The position numbers and the translations under genes were made by a program. A model generated the notes under the pieces. That model worked only from the letters and a program-made list of their open reading frames with translations, was not told where the DNA came from and searched no databases. From Giardia intestinalis (Eukaryota), in the NCBI GenBank assembly GCA_000002435.2, contig CM018792.1: DNA of 64,000 nucleotides; one strand, written 5' to 3'. Numbering within the stretch: the first letter of the stretch is position 1; each line of letters starts with the position of its first letter. Shown one piece after another: positions 19,967 to 30,359 of this stretch.

Positions 19967-22900
19967 ATGCCACCGCCAAGACCAGAAAGCAAGTCAAAGC
20001 GCTCCGAAAAGCGGCGGAAAAGCTTCTGTACAGACACGCAAGCCACTACGTTAGGTTCTGAAATGATCGAAGCTCTTCCAGCCCAGCCCTTACTTGAACC
20101 TAGCGCTCACAGTGATGCCTTCTCGAGCGCAACGCCCAGCACGTCAGTCTTTCTTTCACAAGGAACTATTGAACCACAGAGCACTCTTGTTGCATTTGAG
20201 GCAGATCCTTCTGTAGGCTTGGCCAATAAGCGGGAGAAGAAACCGAAAACGCCAAAACTTACAAAGGAGGAGAAGCGTGCTGCATCACTCTCTGCTCGGA
20301 CAGCTAAGAGCAAGAAACACAAAGACGGGGTAGTAGCACCTGAACTTCTCAAGACATCTGGCACCCTTCCCGTTGAAGATCCAGGCCGCTCTGCAACGAC
20401 TTTACCCGGATCGAGACTTGATATCAAGTTAGTGCCAATAGGATATGAGCCTACGCACATGCTGTCCCGCCCCCTGAGGGCGTATACACGACGGTACCAA
20501 CCGACATCCCCCCAGCCCTTGCTAGCCCTTTCGGGAACAAGCCCGCTGTCTGCTCAGCAGCATATTTGTCGGCCAGCACTTTCGGTTCATCAACCCCCAA
20601 CTAGCTCCACACCTCCGTCGTCGTTATTATTTTCCTACCAGTCCAGTGATCCTAATGTCACCTTTCCTTCTACTGTATCTATATCTGCTGCAAAGCCTAA
20701 CCCCCCTCCGCGTAGAAAGGGCGCCCTTTTCACTCTTACTTCTGTTTCAGCAACAGGGTCTGCCCACAATTCTCACGACCCAGAAACAATTCTTCATAGA
20801 AATCTTTCCCATTGTTGTGCACTCCCTACTGCTACTCATCCGGAGGCTTTAACTGAATCTCGTACAAGGCATTCATTTAGCACCCCCATTACTCCTATAG
20901 GTAGAATTCCTAGGCCAGTATCGGAAGAAGATGACACTGTTCCCATATTCAGGACCAGTGAGCGTGATGAACGATCGGATAGCCAATTCATCACCCTGGG
21001 CTCACCCTCCCAAGTTTTCAGACCCTCTCTCTCAGAACAAGAAGGAGCTTCGCTATCTCTCCACACAGAGTATTTAAACCTACAGAACAATAGCGACGTG
21101 ATTGCTCCTAAGATTTCTGCCAGGAGGCCACGGCCAATGAGCACTACTACTGTCATCCCCCTGCCGCAGCCTTCTGTTTTTGCAGGAATGGATCCGGCTA
21201 GACCGCTTGAGCAGGTTCCTTCGACAATCTTAAACGTTCATGACTCTGCAGATAGGTTTGCTCTTACTGCTTACTCCTCTGCTGCAATGGATTGTCAAAC
21301 CACCCCATTGTCAAATAAGCAGACAAGTACCCTCGAGGTTCATTGCTCCCAAGCGACAACTACGAGGACTTCACCTCATGTACAGCCAAAGTCGCAGGTG
21401 CTGCACGTCATGCAGAACCCTCGAGTATCGTGGGATATGCCGGACCAAGGTTCGATTTCGGCTGCTCTTGGACTTACAGACCCCAATCTTGAACATAATG
21501 CTCTTGGTTGTTCACCTGTATCGCGTCATCAGCAGGACCTGCTTGCGTATGAGCATGCCCTGGACACAGAGTCAGCAATTACTGATGTCATTAATGTAGA
21601 GAGCAGCAGATTTGGACAGCTAGCATCGAGCAGAATCCGTGACATTCTTCTTGAAAGGACACGGTCGATCCCAGAAGGAACTAGTCCACGAGATGTCTAT
21701 CGTCTGGTCCGAAGCCAGCTTAGTTTGATCGACGTTGGTCTCCGCGATAACGCCTTCTCAAATTCAATGATCTACGACAACCACTCAAAGTCACGCACTG
21801 TATCTCCTGTGATACTACACGCTGTTGCCCGCAGCGAAAGCAAATCCAAACGTCAGCTACGGACAGAGGCACCAGATAAGGAAACAGACAAGGAAACAAC
21901 ACTCACAACCGTACGCGACTTACTACCTTCAAAAAATGTCTGTGAGGCTGAGGCTCTGGTGTTGGACACTTCAGAACCTCAGCCATTAAGTTGCCTACTT
22001 GACGACGTTGTCGTTACAACTGCTGACCATGTCGTCGCATCACCTCGAACTGTCTGCACGGATGAAGAACCAGTTTCTTCGCCAGTCTATTATTGTACAA
22101 GAACATACACCACAGAAAAAGGAGTGTTGCAGAAGGTCTCTCAAGAAACTTTAGCGTCTCCGTTAGATAGTCCACAAGAACAACGGAGCATTGTACACAC
22201 AGTGGGCACATCTAGAGACAGTGCTGATCAAATCTTGGAAACTCCGTCTCCGGAAAGGTCCCTCCCTAGTACATCTTCAGAGACCATTGGTAGCACGCAT
22301 GAAAAATCTTTGACAGCATCGTCTCTTCGTCAATCTATGCTTGAACCGTCAGTAGAGCGTAAGTCATTTGACTTTAGTGCAAACCTGCTATCCAGGCATG
22401 ATTTTACTCCGGGAGGTACTGTGACAAATCTTGGTCAATCAGAGTCAGTTTCTACCAACGACTTAATTCTAGGAGACGAGACTTACTCTGGCCGGCTGAG
22501 CTTTGTCCAGCGCGTAATCTATGATTCAGCTGCATGCTCATTTGATAACGGCTCTCAAACGGTAGTTCCTTACCCCCTTATAGCGATGGATTACGATGAT
22601 CTTAGGTGTCTTCTCGTTACTGTAGCAACCGACAACGTCGTGCGCATCTATAACACGCCCCTTCTGGAGCCTGATCAGTACGATGAGCTGAGAAAGGCAC
22701 TAGTTGATGACTCTTCTTCGTTAGCGGCCTATAATATTAGCGAGCCGATGGCTTCATATCTTCCTCAGCATGCACGGACCTTTCCGAGTGCCTCCCCAAC
22801 TGTCATACGACTGGGGCCATCCTTGTTATCTGTGGTAGGCTATGACGACGGTTACGTGTCAGTGTTTGATCTGCAGTCAATGGTCGAAATAGCGTACTGG

Positions 22901-23659
22901 CGCACCCAAGCACAGACAGCCATAATCGACCTCTGCTTCTATGTCTCTGATGACTCCAAGAGCTCCCTATCTCTTTCTCTAGACTCTATCTTCTCTACTA
23001 ATGCCAGCAAGCAATTAGTGCAACAGTTCAACTTACAAGGAACAACTCTGCCGACGCTGTCCGCTCCATTAAGTATCAATTTATTCATTTGCACACAGAT
23101 AACTCTTAGCACATACTCTATTTCACAGGACAAGGAACACGTAATCGATATGTGTACCTACATCCATGAGGACGAGGACGTGTGGTACTCAGCACTTACA
23201 CAGAACAAGGAGAACCCCAGAGAGATATATGTAGGCTGTGTCGGAGGAACTGTCTTTAGGCTATTTGATTGCGCTCCTCAGAGACGAATTTCTCTCTCGC
23301 AGGTAGACAAGGTGACTGCTCTTTCTGTCCATGACAACACTCTCATTGTCGGTTGCAATATGGGGATGACAATTGTCTTTGATGTTCACGCCCTGCAATC
23401 CTTCTATCGACTGAAGAGCTACAAGGACTCGCCTGTATCGGGGGTATATTGTGATAGAAACAAAATTGTTATAGCAAATGCCAGTGGAGTCTTCACTATT
23501 TGGGACAGAAGGAGCCATCTACGATGCGTTTATAGTAGTCTAGTCCATGCGGCTTCCGTTACCAGCCTTAGAGTTGCTGGAAATAGAATTCTCACCTCTT
23601 CGGCTGATGGTTATACGAATTGTTTTGAGTTTTGCAATAGCCGCCTCCAAAGTCCCTAG
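19967..23659 (+). CDS. Large hypothetical protein with an S/P/T-rich low-complexity N-terminal half and a WD40-like beta-propeller C-terminus.
   Basis: 1230-aa ATG ORF. Initiator GAGTAAAAAATG. C-terminal WD-like strands (LIVGCNMGMTIVFDVHA; VFTIWDRRSH; ILTSSADGYT). Confidence 0.7.
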   Translation: MPPPRPESKSKRSEKRRKSFCTDTQATTLGSEMIEALPAQPLLEPSAHSDAFSSATPSTSVFLSQGTIEPQSTLVAFEADPSVGLANKREKKPKTPKLTKEEKRAASLSARTAKSKKHKDGVVAPELLKTSGTLPVEDPGRSATTLPGSRLDIKLVPIGYEPTHMLSRPLRAYTRRYQPTSPQPLLALSGTSPLSAQQHICRPALSVHQPPTSSTPPSSLLFSYQSSDPNVTFPSTVSISAAKPNPPPRRKGALFTLTSVSATGSAHNSHDPETILHRNLSHCCALPTATHPEALTESRTRHSFSTPITPIGRIPRPVSEEDDTVPIFRTSERDERSDSQFITLGSPSQVFRPSLSEQEGASLSLHTEYLNLQNNSDVIAPKISARRPRPMSTTTVIPLPQPSVFAGMDPARPLEQVPSTILNVHDSADRFALTAYSSAAMDCQTTPLSNKQTSTLEVHCSQATTTRTSPHVQPKSQVLHVMQNPRVSWDMPDQGSISAALGLTDPNLEHNALGCSPVSRHQQDLLAYEHALDTESAITDVINVESSRFGQLASSRIRDILLERTRSIPEGTSPRDVYRLVRSQLSLIDVGLRDNAFSNSMIYDNHSKSRTVSPVILHAVARSESKSKRQLRTEAPDKETDKETTLTTVRDLLPSKNVCEAEALVLDTSEPQPLSCLLDDVVVTTADHVVASPRTVCTDEEPVSSPVYYCTRTYTTEKGVLQKVSQETLASPLDSPQEQRSIVHTVGTSRDSADQILETPSPERSLPSTSSETIGSTHEKSLTASSLRQSMLEPSVERKSFDFSANLLSRHDFTPGGTVTNLGQSESVSTNDLILGDETYSGRLSFVQRVIYDSAACSFDNGSQTVVPYPLIAMDYDDLRCLLVTVATDNVVRIYNTPLLEPDQYDELRKALVDDSSSLAAYNISEPMASYLPQHARTFPSASPTVIRLGPSLLSVVGYDDGYVSVFDLQSMVEIAYWRTQAQTAIIDLCFYVSDDSKSSLSLSLDSIFSTNASKQLVQQFNLQGTTLPTLSAPLSINLFICTQITLSTYSISQDKEHVIDMCTYIHEDEDVWYSALTQNKENPREIYVGCVGGTVFRLFDCAPQRRISLSQVDKVTALSVHDNTLIVGCNMGMTIVFDVHALQSFYRLKSYKDSPVSGVYCDRNKIVIANASGVFTIWDRRSHLRCVYSSLVHAASVTSLRVAGNRILTSSADGYTNCFEFCNSRLQSP

Positions 23660-23721
23660 GATAAAAGCCTCAGCATCCTAACAGATGAATAATCTAGTTA
23701 GGAAGCAATTTACTTTTATGC

Positions 23722-24888
23722 TTAACGTTTTGGAGCATACAGGTCAAGATGATTTATCACGCCCCACTCAGTGCCATCAGCATCTCCCCCAATACACGCG
23801 GGCTTTGTGGAATGTGAATCCATAGAATTTATGCAGCCAAACGTAGCATGTCTGGGGATTTCATAGCCGTATCTGCTCTTGCGCATCTTCTGAGTATTTG
23901 TCAGCGTAGTGGCATCCAGGCATCCCCGGTCATCAAATCCGCAAGATTGCACGACTTCCTTGACTGAGAGCTCTGTCTTATCTGAGGGCGCTCCACAGAC
24001 AACGTCGCTGGAGGGACCAAACGACGACGTCCCGGCTGGGAGGTCATTGTTTATTGCCCGGGTGGTCTGTGGCATGCGATGGATTGACCTGTATTCGTGG
24101 GCATAAGGAAGGCTATCGCGGGCGCCATTGATGGATCGTACACATGCTTCGGTTGTGTCGGTAAACTGCTTTTCATTTCGTATGCCAAAGCGTTCGTTTG
24201 GGTTAAAGGAGTTGGAGTATCCTCTATCAATCGTGGACTCTAGAGCCGTACGTTTGGGGTCCTGTTTCTGGAGGGGTCCTATGTTGGTGTAGTGATTGTA
24301 AAATCGCTTGTTGTCTTGCGCCACAGTCTCTGCCAAATCGTTCATTGATCTGGTTGATTGGCTTGTGCTTGACGGTCTATATGTATCGTCTAATTGTTGA
24401 GACAATCCAGTTGAGCGTAGGAATCGTCGTGGGTCAGAGGAGGTCTGCAAGGGCGGGGCTCTATGGACAGGCTTGAGGGTATCTGCTGCAGATAGTCCTT
24501 TCTCTTCAACCCCACCAAACACATGGTTCTCATCGAAAATGACGGGATTAAGCTCTTCTGGCTTTCTTATAACTCTGGATTTCTCCAGTGGAAAGCCATG
24601 CGAGAAGTAGATTTTGTCTTCATGGGCAGTCTGCTCAAACAATTCGGCAGCTGTTGAGCTGCGCTCAGGCTGTACCACGTTTGTCATTGGGTACTCGTTT
24701 GGAGCACTGTGTATGCCATACCGCCACTCAGGTGGTGGCAGATCTCGGGGCTGATTAAACCGAGCATACATGCCTAGGGATGGGCACTCTGGATGGCGTG
24801 AAAAATCAAGCGCTTCACGTACTTGGTTAGACGAACGCAGCGCACTTGCTTGGGAAGTGGGTAGATTGAATCCACGAGGGTCAGTCAT
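23722..24888 (-). CDS. Hypothetical protein.
   Basis: The track start at 24948 is a GTG, so I trimmed to the ATG at 24888, which is preceded by TGTAAATTAATCCTC. No recognisable domain. Confidence 0.55.
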   Translation of the reverse strand: MTDPRGFNLPTSQASALRSSNQVREALDFSRHPECPSLGMYARFNQPRDLPPPEWRYGIHSAPNEYPMTNVVQPERSSTAAELFEQTAHEDKIYFSHGFPLEKSRVIRKPEELNPVIFDENHVFGGVEEKGLSAADTLKPVHRAPPLQTSSDPRRFLRSTGLSQQLDDTYRPSSTSQSTRSMNDLAETVAQDNKRFYNHYTNIGPLQKQDPKRTALESTIDRGYSNSFNPNERFGIRNEKQFTDTTEACVRSINGARDSLPYAHEYRSIHRMPQTTRAINNDLPAGTSSFGPSSDVVCGAPSDKTELSVKEVVQSCGFDDRGCLDATTLTNTQKMRKSRYGYEIPRHATFGCINSMDSHSTKPACIGGDADGTEWGVINHLDLYAPKR

Positions 24889-24996
24889 GAGGATTAATTT
24901 ACAAACTTTAGTTTTTGCCCTTGACACCCGGAAGACGTGCCGAAGCACGGGGATGAAGGATTTACTTAGATCATAAAAATTAAAGAGGTTGCGCGC

Positions 24997-27657
24997 CTAC
25001 TTTGTCAGCGACGCCAGAAAAACGATGCCTGCATCAGACGGGTGCTCTGGACCTGGAGCAACAGATGTGCTAGCGCTCACTTCGCTGTAATCACCGCGGT
25101 AGATATCGTCTGCCATAATAACCACGTGGTCCTCGGGCTTGTTAGCAGTGCGAGGACCAACGCGGTTGTTCTGTACGTTTGCATACGCCTTTGTGCCCAT
25201 GACTTGGCCACCCACGGGAGCATTACTGGGTTTGCTGACAGGGGCATTATGAGATGACGACTCACCACTTATCTTAACTCCTGGGTCTGTGTTTTCGTGG
25301 CTGAAGGCAGACGGATCACAAAGGACAAATACGGGATCGTTCATACCTGTCGTGCTCACATTGGATGGCTCCCGTAAGTAGGAAACGGGATCATTTGCAA
25401 CAGCGCGTGCACGCTCCATTAGCTCCTCTTCTGTTGCACGCTCAATTGTATAGTTCTCTATCGGTTGAGGCACCTTTAGCTCCGACTCTTGAAGCTTCGA
25501 CTGGGTCATCTTCGGAGTAGAATTCTTGGACTCGGCGTTACTGCTGACAACCTTCGAGTTGCGCCTTCCAAACTTGGACGGCTCCTCTGACTTGTCTTTT
25601 GGAGTGAAGACTTTAGATCCACGTCTTTTAACTAGCTTGCTAGGGGATTCATCGTCAATATTAGACAGAGCGATCTTGGACCCACGGCGTTTCATCTTCG
25701 GTGTCCCAGCTCCTGTTGGGGCGGAAGCCTGATCATCCTGAATGGACCCTGTACTGTCTGTTCTCTCCAGGGAGACTTTGGAGCCCCTTCGTCGCATCTT
25801 TGGGGTACCCCCTACCTCCTCCAGTCCCGAGCCTGTGAGCCCTTGCACGAAGATCTTCGAATTACGTCTCTTTGGAAAGTTGTCCTTTCCTATGGTTGTA
25901 TACGTTTCGTTTCTCTCTGCATTGGGATCATATACAGTGTATTTGTGGTCGTCACTCTTTTCGATCTTACGAGGCCCACGTGCGGGGGCCCACTCGTTGC
26001 CATCTAGGGCACTTGTGGCGTAGTTAGATCGCGAGTAAGTGGACTCGTTGGTGGCAGAGTACTTGCTTTCTGGCCTGTGGCCCGTCGAGCCGGTGAAAAT
26101 GATCTCCTGGTCTCCATTGGATTGGGCACCGTGAATACGTGTCTCAGATACTTCATAGGCGGCGTGTGTGTCCTGCGGGTGACTGAGAATGTCTGGAGGC
26201 ACTCGTGCCATTCTTGCCGCAGCGTTCTCCTGAGATATGACGCCTCGCGCTGCATAACAGCCTCGTTGATCCTCTATGGCATCGACGAAGATAGAGCTGT
26301 CATGAGGTGTGTGTATATTTGGATTCAGCGCAGATACCTCAACATCTGATCGTGTTGATCTGACAGACTTTGTCGATCTGGCCGAGCGCGTCTCGTGCTG
26401 CATCTGCTCGGTGTCTGTGACGGTGCGGACATGTGCCTCAGTGAACATGGGCGTGACGGTGGACGTTAAGTTATAGGACTCGGGGACCTTCCAAGTACTA
26501 TCTCGAGAAATTGGGACAACGACAGTTCTCTGGCCTTTTTTCTCTTGCTTGCTGGCTATCATTATGAAGTTATCCCTTACCATGCTCTCACACTTCACCA
26601 TATCCCAGACAATCCTTGGAGAAAGTGTTTCTGGCTCGGCTGTATCGTTGTTGTACTGGAACGCGTTCACAATGGATCCACCACTTCGTTTCTCGAGCTG
26701 CTGCAACCACTTTTCGGGGAGATCACTGTCTGTGAAGGGAGTCTCAAAGTTTATCCCTAGAATAAGGTGTAGAGAAATGTCTGCCGCTGTAAGAGGTCTA
26801 CTATAGCCCAGAACTTCACAAAGAGTGTCGCTCGAGGTGGAACTGGCTTTTAAGGAAGTCATAGCCATATTCTGGCCGTCCTTATATCCACTGGAGGCAC
26901 TTCCAAGGAGATGCTTCCCAAATAAGATGCGCCCGGCTGAAAGGGCTGTATTGAAGAAGGCGGAGACCTTCTCATTGATCGCTGAGGGTGTCATAGAGGG
27001 AAAGAACTTGAGGACGATGAAGATGAGCTCCGCAACGCTAGGAGTGATAAAGGACTCCTCCTTAATGTAGGTTATCCAGTCATCTTCTGTGTTGAAACCC
27101 TTTCCGGGGGCTAGCTTCATAGATGGAAAGAGGATAGGCTTTTGGCATAGTGTCCTGGCAGCGTTGACAAGTGTGAAGAGGCGAAGCGTCAGGTTCCTGA
27201 GGGAGAGAAGTAAGACAGTAAGATCATGTCGAGAGCCTTGGGTGCCGGACAAGGAGCCGTTGATATTTGCCTTACACTTCTCACGCGCCGCAAAGAGCTC
27301 TTTATATAGTTGGTGATAATAGCTTAGAATAGCAAGACGATCGATGTATTTATTTAGGAGCTTAGAATCTTCGATGACCTTCATGTAGGCATTGTCTCGC
27401 TCTCCCGGAGGAATCCCTAGAGAAATCCAGAATTTAGAGAGCTCTGCAAGATCGTCGTTCTTAACATTCGCTGCAGACTCCTCATATCCAGCCGGAACGC
27501 TTGGATGGTAGATCCCATCATCGTCGACAGAAACCGCGGCCACAGTGCGCGGGTGATGCCTCGCTAACTCGGCCCTGTGTGTTGTCAGCATCCCTGGGGC
27601 TCCGTAGATGGCCACTTCAGAGTCTAGCTCAGAGGGCTGATAGACATCCGGACTCAT
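24997..27657 (-). CDS. Hypothetical protein carrying a tandem array of basic (K/R)RR(G/N)SK motifs.
   Basis: 886-aa ATG ORF preceded by GGGGAAATTAAATTGCC. Internal repeats KRRNSK / RRRGSK / KRRGSK / KRRGSK / GRRNSK, spaced 20-30 aa apart. Confidence 0.7.
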   Translation of the reverse strand: MSPDVYQPSELDSEVAIYGAPGMLTTHRAELARHHPRTVAAVSVDDDGIYHPSVPAGYEESAANVKNDDLAELSKFWISLGIPPGERDNAYMKVIEDSKLLNKYIDRLAILSYYHQLYKELFAAREKCKANINGSLSGTQGSRHDLTVLLLSLRNLTLRLFTLVNAARTLCQKPILFPSMKLAPGKGFNTEDDWITYIKEESFITPSVAELIFIVLKFFPSMTPSAINEKVSAFFNTALSAGRILFGKHLLGSASSGYKDGQNMAMTSLKASSTSSDTLCEVLGYSRPLTAADISLHLILGINFETPFTDSDLPEKWLQQLEKRSGGSIVNAFQYNNDTAEPETLSPRIVWDMVKCESMVRDNFIMIASKQEKKGQRTVVVPISRDSTWKVPESYNLTSTVTPMFTEAHVRTVTDTEQMQHETRSARSTKSVRSTRSDVEVSALNPNIHTPHDSSIFVDAIEDQRGCYAARGVISQENAAARMARVPPDILSHPQDTHAAYEVSETRIHGAQSNGDQEIIFTGSTGHRPESKYSATNESTYSRSNYATSALDGNEWAPARGPRKIEKSDDHKYTVYDPNAERNETYTTIGKDNFPKRRNSKIFVQGLTGSGLEEVGGTPKMRRRGSKVSLERTDSTGSIQDDQASAPTGAGTPKMKRRGSKIALSNIDDESPSKLVKRRGSKVFTPKDKSEEPSKFGRRNSKVVSSNAESKNSTPKMTQSKLQESELKVPQPIENYTIERATEEELMERARAVANDPVSYLREPSNVSTTGMNDPVFVLCDPSAFSHENTDPGVKISGESSSHNAPVSKPSNAPVGGQVMGTKAYANVQNNRVGPRTANKPEDHVVIMADDIYRGDYSEVSASTSVAPGPEHPSDAGIVFLASLTK
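25507..25872 (-). repeat. Intragenic tandem repeat encoding five (K/R)RR(G/N)SK units, each a basophilic-kinase RRxS consensus.
   Basis: Periodic repetition of the (K/R)RR(G/N)SK motif at the protein level (aa ~596-717, five copies). The nucleotide-level periodicity was not checked. The antisense shadow ORFs at 25526-25732 and 25742-26023 translate to complements of the same repeat. Confidence 0.6.
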
Positions 27658-27812
27658 CGACCTGGCAATTTAATTTCCCCGGTTAGTTTATTATTTTGGA
27701 GGTAATGAAGCTTGCTAGGGGAGAAAATGGACGGGCGTGTAGTCGCAATGCAAGCACCCAAAGAGCAAAAAACACGCGGTTTACTCGACAACAGCATAAG
27801 GCCCGCGAGATG

Positions 27813-28580
27813 TTACAGGACACCCACTCCCGTGTAGATATTACGTTCTAAGTACTTCATAACCGTCTCCAACTCACGGGTAAGCATGCCGGCGTTCTCG
27901 GTGAACTCTGCCCTCTCCTCCTCAATTGCGCGATTAAGGTCGGAGAACCCAGCAACAATCGTCTCGCGGCACTCAAAGAGGCCACGCTTGTGTCTCTCGA
28001 CAAGGGACTTGATCTCATCCTTGTACGACGCAATCACGGAATGGTAGGCGCGCTTCGATGACTCAATGGACTCAATGAGGCGCATAAAGTCCTTCTCAAA
28101 CTTCCCCCTGATGTTGTCCACACGTAGCTCGCGGTCATCGATTGCGGCGTTGAGCTTCTCAGCGAGGCCCTCCATCGCGGTTCCATACTCTTTGCGGAAC
28201 TCCTCGATATCCTGCTGCCTGCGGAGCACCTGCTCGTTGACCGCGTCGTAGAGGTGCTGGTACCTCTCGAGCATCGCCTGGAATTGAACCTGGGTCTCGC
28301 TCGTGTGCTGCTCGATCAGATTGTTGAGGGCAGTGACGTGATTTGTGATGTGCTCATCCAGCATCTTGTCCATTGCGTGGCTCGCCTCGGCGCGCTGGAG
28401 CGTCTGCTTCTGGATGAGGATGTCAAGATCCTTCACGGCCTGGTGGAGCAGCTGGAGTCTCGATTCTAGGGTATGTTTCTGGTCGTTGTACGAGAGCTCG
28501 AACTCTACCATGAACTCGGAAGTGTGCGAGTCGATGACATTGAGCCTAGACTTCGTGGGGTCGGCGCGGACGGAGAACAT
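27813..28580 (-). CDS. SF-assemblin / giardin-family striated-fibre coiled-coil protein (delta-giardin / SALP-1-like, not beta-giardin itself).
   Basis: 255-aa all-helical protein. The segment AVKDLDILIQKQTLQRAEAS aligns with the beta-giardin segment AIAHLDRLIQTESRKRQAS. Length and segmented coiled-coil layout are typical of SF-assemblins. Initiator GGGAGTTAAAAATG. Confidence 0.55.
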   Translation of the reverse strand: MFSVRADPTKSRLNVIDSHTSEFMVEFELSYNDQKHTLESRLQLLHQAVKDLDILIQKQTLQRAEASHAMDKMLDEHITNHVTALNNLIEQHTSETQVQFQAMLERYQHLYDAVNEQVLRRQQDIEEFRKEYGTAMEGLAEKLNAAIDDRELRVDNIRGKFEKDFMRLIESIESSKRAYHSVIASYKDEIKSLVERHKRGLFECRETIVAGFSDLNRAIEEERAEFTENAGMLTRELETVMKYLERNIYTGVGVL

Positions 28581-28733
28581 TTTTAACTCCCCCCGAAAAA
28601 GGCGGAAGCGGATTTTAATGTAATTTGCAAATCGTTATACTTATCATTCTACTTACGGTTTTATTCCAACTTGCTCATTAAGTGGAAAGCTGGAATTAAT
28701 TGCCACCGACCATTCCACACAGTTTGCTTGTTC

Positions 28734-30119
28734 ATGCCGATCGTTGCTCGAACGGTGGTTCTTGACACCAACGCTTTCCTGCGCCGAATGGCCTTCTGGG
28801 AGATCGGCGAATCTTTTGTGACGACCCCTGGTGTTATGGCAGAGGTATGCGATCCAGAAAGCCAGCTTTGGATATCCAATCTTCCCATCACAATCACTGT
28901 GAGCACACCTTCTAAAGTGTCGATTGGGCGGGTCCGTGCCTTTGCCAGGGCAACGGGAGACCTGACAAGCCTCTCTGAAGAAGATATTGAGGTTATAGCT
29001 CTAGCTCTGGATTTAGACGTCACAGCTCATGGAGACGATAGTCACATTCGCCTCGAGCCATCATTTAGAGATCCAACTGCGCTCAAGGTGTTCACCAGCG
29101 AAAAGCACGTTGCTAGCACAGCACCACTCGGGTCTCATGGTGACAACAAGCAGTACAGAGATCGGTACGGCCAGCAAAATCAACGGACTCGTGTTGGAGA
29201 AGTCACCCAGGAGATGGAGCAGAAGTATGCAGCATATAAGCAGAGTTTATTTGAGGATGACATGATGGAGCTGCTTAGGGATAGTAGGTCGGCACCTGTG
29301 GGTCAAGCTACCGCTAACAGCGTTGCTGGAGAAGAGAACTCACATGAATGGATTGATGTTGCTTTGAAGCGGCCAAAGAATCTTAGGGGCCAGGAGATAG
29401 GTTACACCAGGCCCGCGGTTCTAGAAGCCAAGGTGCAGGATGCTATTATAGAAGGTAGCGCATCGCAGCACAGTATGAGCATCGCCGCTGAGGGCGAAGG
29501 CGACTGGGTCACTTCAGAAACCCTGATGGAAGATACCCTGGCAACGCTCAGAGAGGCTAAGGACGCTGTCCCCGTTGCCATATGCACTGCTGATTACTCG
29601 ATGCAGAATGTAGTCATGCAGATGAATCTGCGGCTAGTCTCACCACAAGGAGTCATTAAAGAGATCAAGCGGTACGCAGGAAAGTGCTCTGCCTGTTTGG
29701 CCATTAGCCCAATATTAGCGTCTCCCTTTTGTAAGAAGTGTGGCAACAAGACAATGATGAAGGTGGCAATGTACATCAAAGAAGATGGGACAGCGACCTT
29801 TTCAACTGGAGTCAAGCACTTTAACCTACACGGAACCATCTTCTCCTTGCCTGCCTTTGCGTCCAAGAAGTACCTTGGTAGAGCAGGAAGGCGCACGATT
29901 GTCCCTATTGCGTCTGAGAATGATCCCAATGCCAAGTACATCCTCAGCTTGCAAGGAAAGGGCCGCAACATGGGCAGCGTGACCGGAGCTCAGCACTTTA
30001 TGGCAGACATAAAAGGACCTGCATCCACGAAAGGCAGCGCTATCACTGTTCCGCATTTCCTGAAACGAAATCCGAATGAGTCCAAGCGAGGAAAGAAGAA
30101 GTATAGTCACCATCTTTAG
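28734..30119 (+). CDS. NOB1: Nob1-like 20S pre-rRNA D-site endonuclease (PIN domain plus C-terminal zinc ribbon).
   Basis: PIN-domain start VVLDTNAFL with acidic residues downstream. C-x2-C...C-x2-C zinc ribbon (CSACLAISPILASPFCKKCGNK). The track start at 28671 is a TTG, so I trimmed to the ATG at 28734. Confidence 0.65.
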   Translation: MPIVARTVVLDTNAFLRRMAFWEIGESFVTTPGVMAEVCDPESQLWISNLPITITVSTPSKVSIGRVRAFARATGDLTSLSEEDIEVIALALDLDVTAHGDDSHIRLEPSFRDPTALKVFTSEKHVASTAPLGSHGDNKQYRDRYGQQNQRTRVGEVTQEMEQKYAAYKQSLFEDDMMELLRDSRSAPVGQATANSVAGEENSHEWIDVALKRPKNLRGQEIGYTRPAVLEAKVQDAIIEGSASQHSMSIAAEGEGDWVTSETLMEDTLATLREAKDAVPVAICTADYSMQNVVMQMNLRLVSPQGVIKEIKRYAGKCSACLAISPILASPFCKKCGNKTMMKVAMYIKEDGTATFSTGVKHFNLHGTIFSLPAFASKKYLGRAGRRTIVPIASENDPNAKYILSLQGKGRNMGSVTGAQHFMADIKGPASTKGSAITVPHFLKRNPNESKRGKKKYSHHL

Positions 30120-30286
30120 GGAGTCGTGACTAAGAGGTTGTGGCCTTTCCCGCTCCTGTGGCTCAGATAGTCCCTCTTCGGATCTAGCTGGACTGCAATC
30201 TGTTCAAAAAATATTCTATTGAGACGCTGATTATTTTATCTGGTATCTTCCGTAAATTTTAAAGACACTGTCTGTATTTAGCCTCT

Positions 30287-30303
30287 ACACGTGATGCACG
30301 TGT
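30287..30303. promoter_or_regulatory. 17-bp palindrome ACACGTG-ATG-CACGTGT (two inverted CACGTG E-box cores) 57 bp upstream of the ATG at 30360.
   Basis: Perfect 7-bp inverted arms with a 3-bp spacer, read directly from the sequence in a 240-bp intergenic region. Confidence 0.3.
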
Positions 30304-30359
30304 AAATTTTCCTCGCCACTTGGACGTTTGGATTTCCATCGTGCCTTGTTGTAATTAAA

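Noticed and set aside
19967-21300. Low-complexity S/P/T-rich N-terminus of the 1230-aa protein as a mucin-like repeat array
   Set aside because: The region is compositionally biased but shows no periodic repeat at nucleotide or protein level. I treated it as a disordered region, not a tandem repeat.
30120-30359. Possible tRNA or snoRNA in intergenic spacers (also 16088-16442 and 54522-54808)
   Set aside because: I scanned by eye for T-loop GGTTCGAATCC-like boxes and found neither these nor acceptor/anticodon stem symmetry. No RNA gene can be supported. The palindrome at 30287-30303 is reported separately as a finding.
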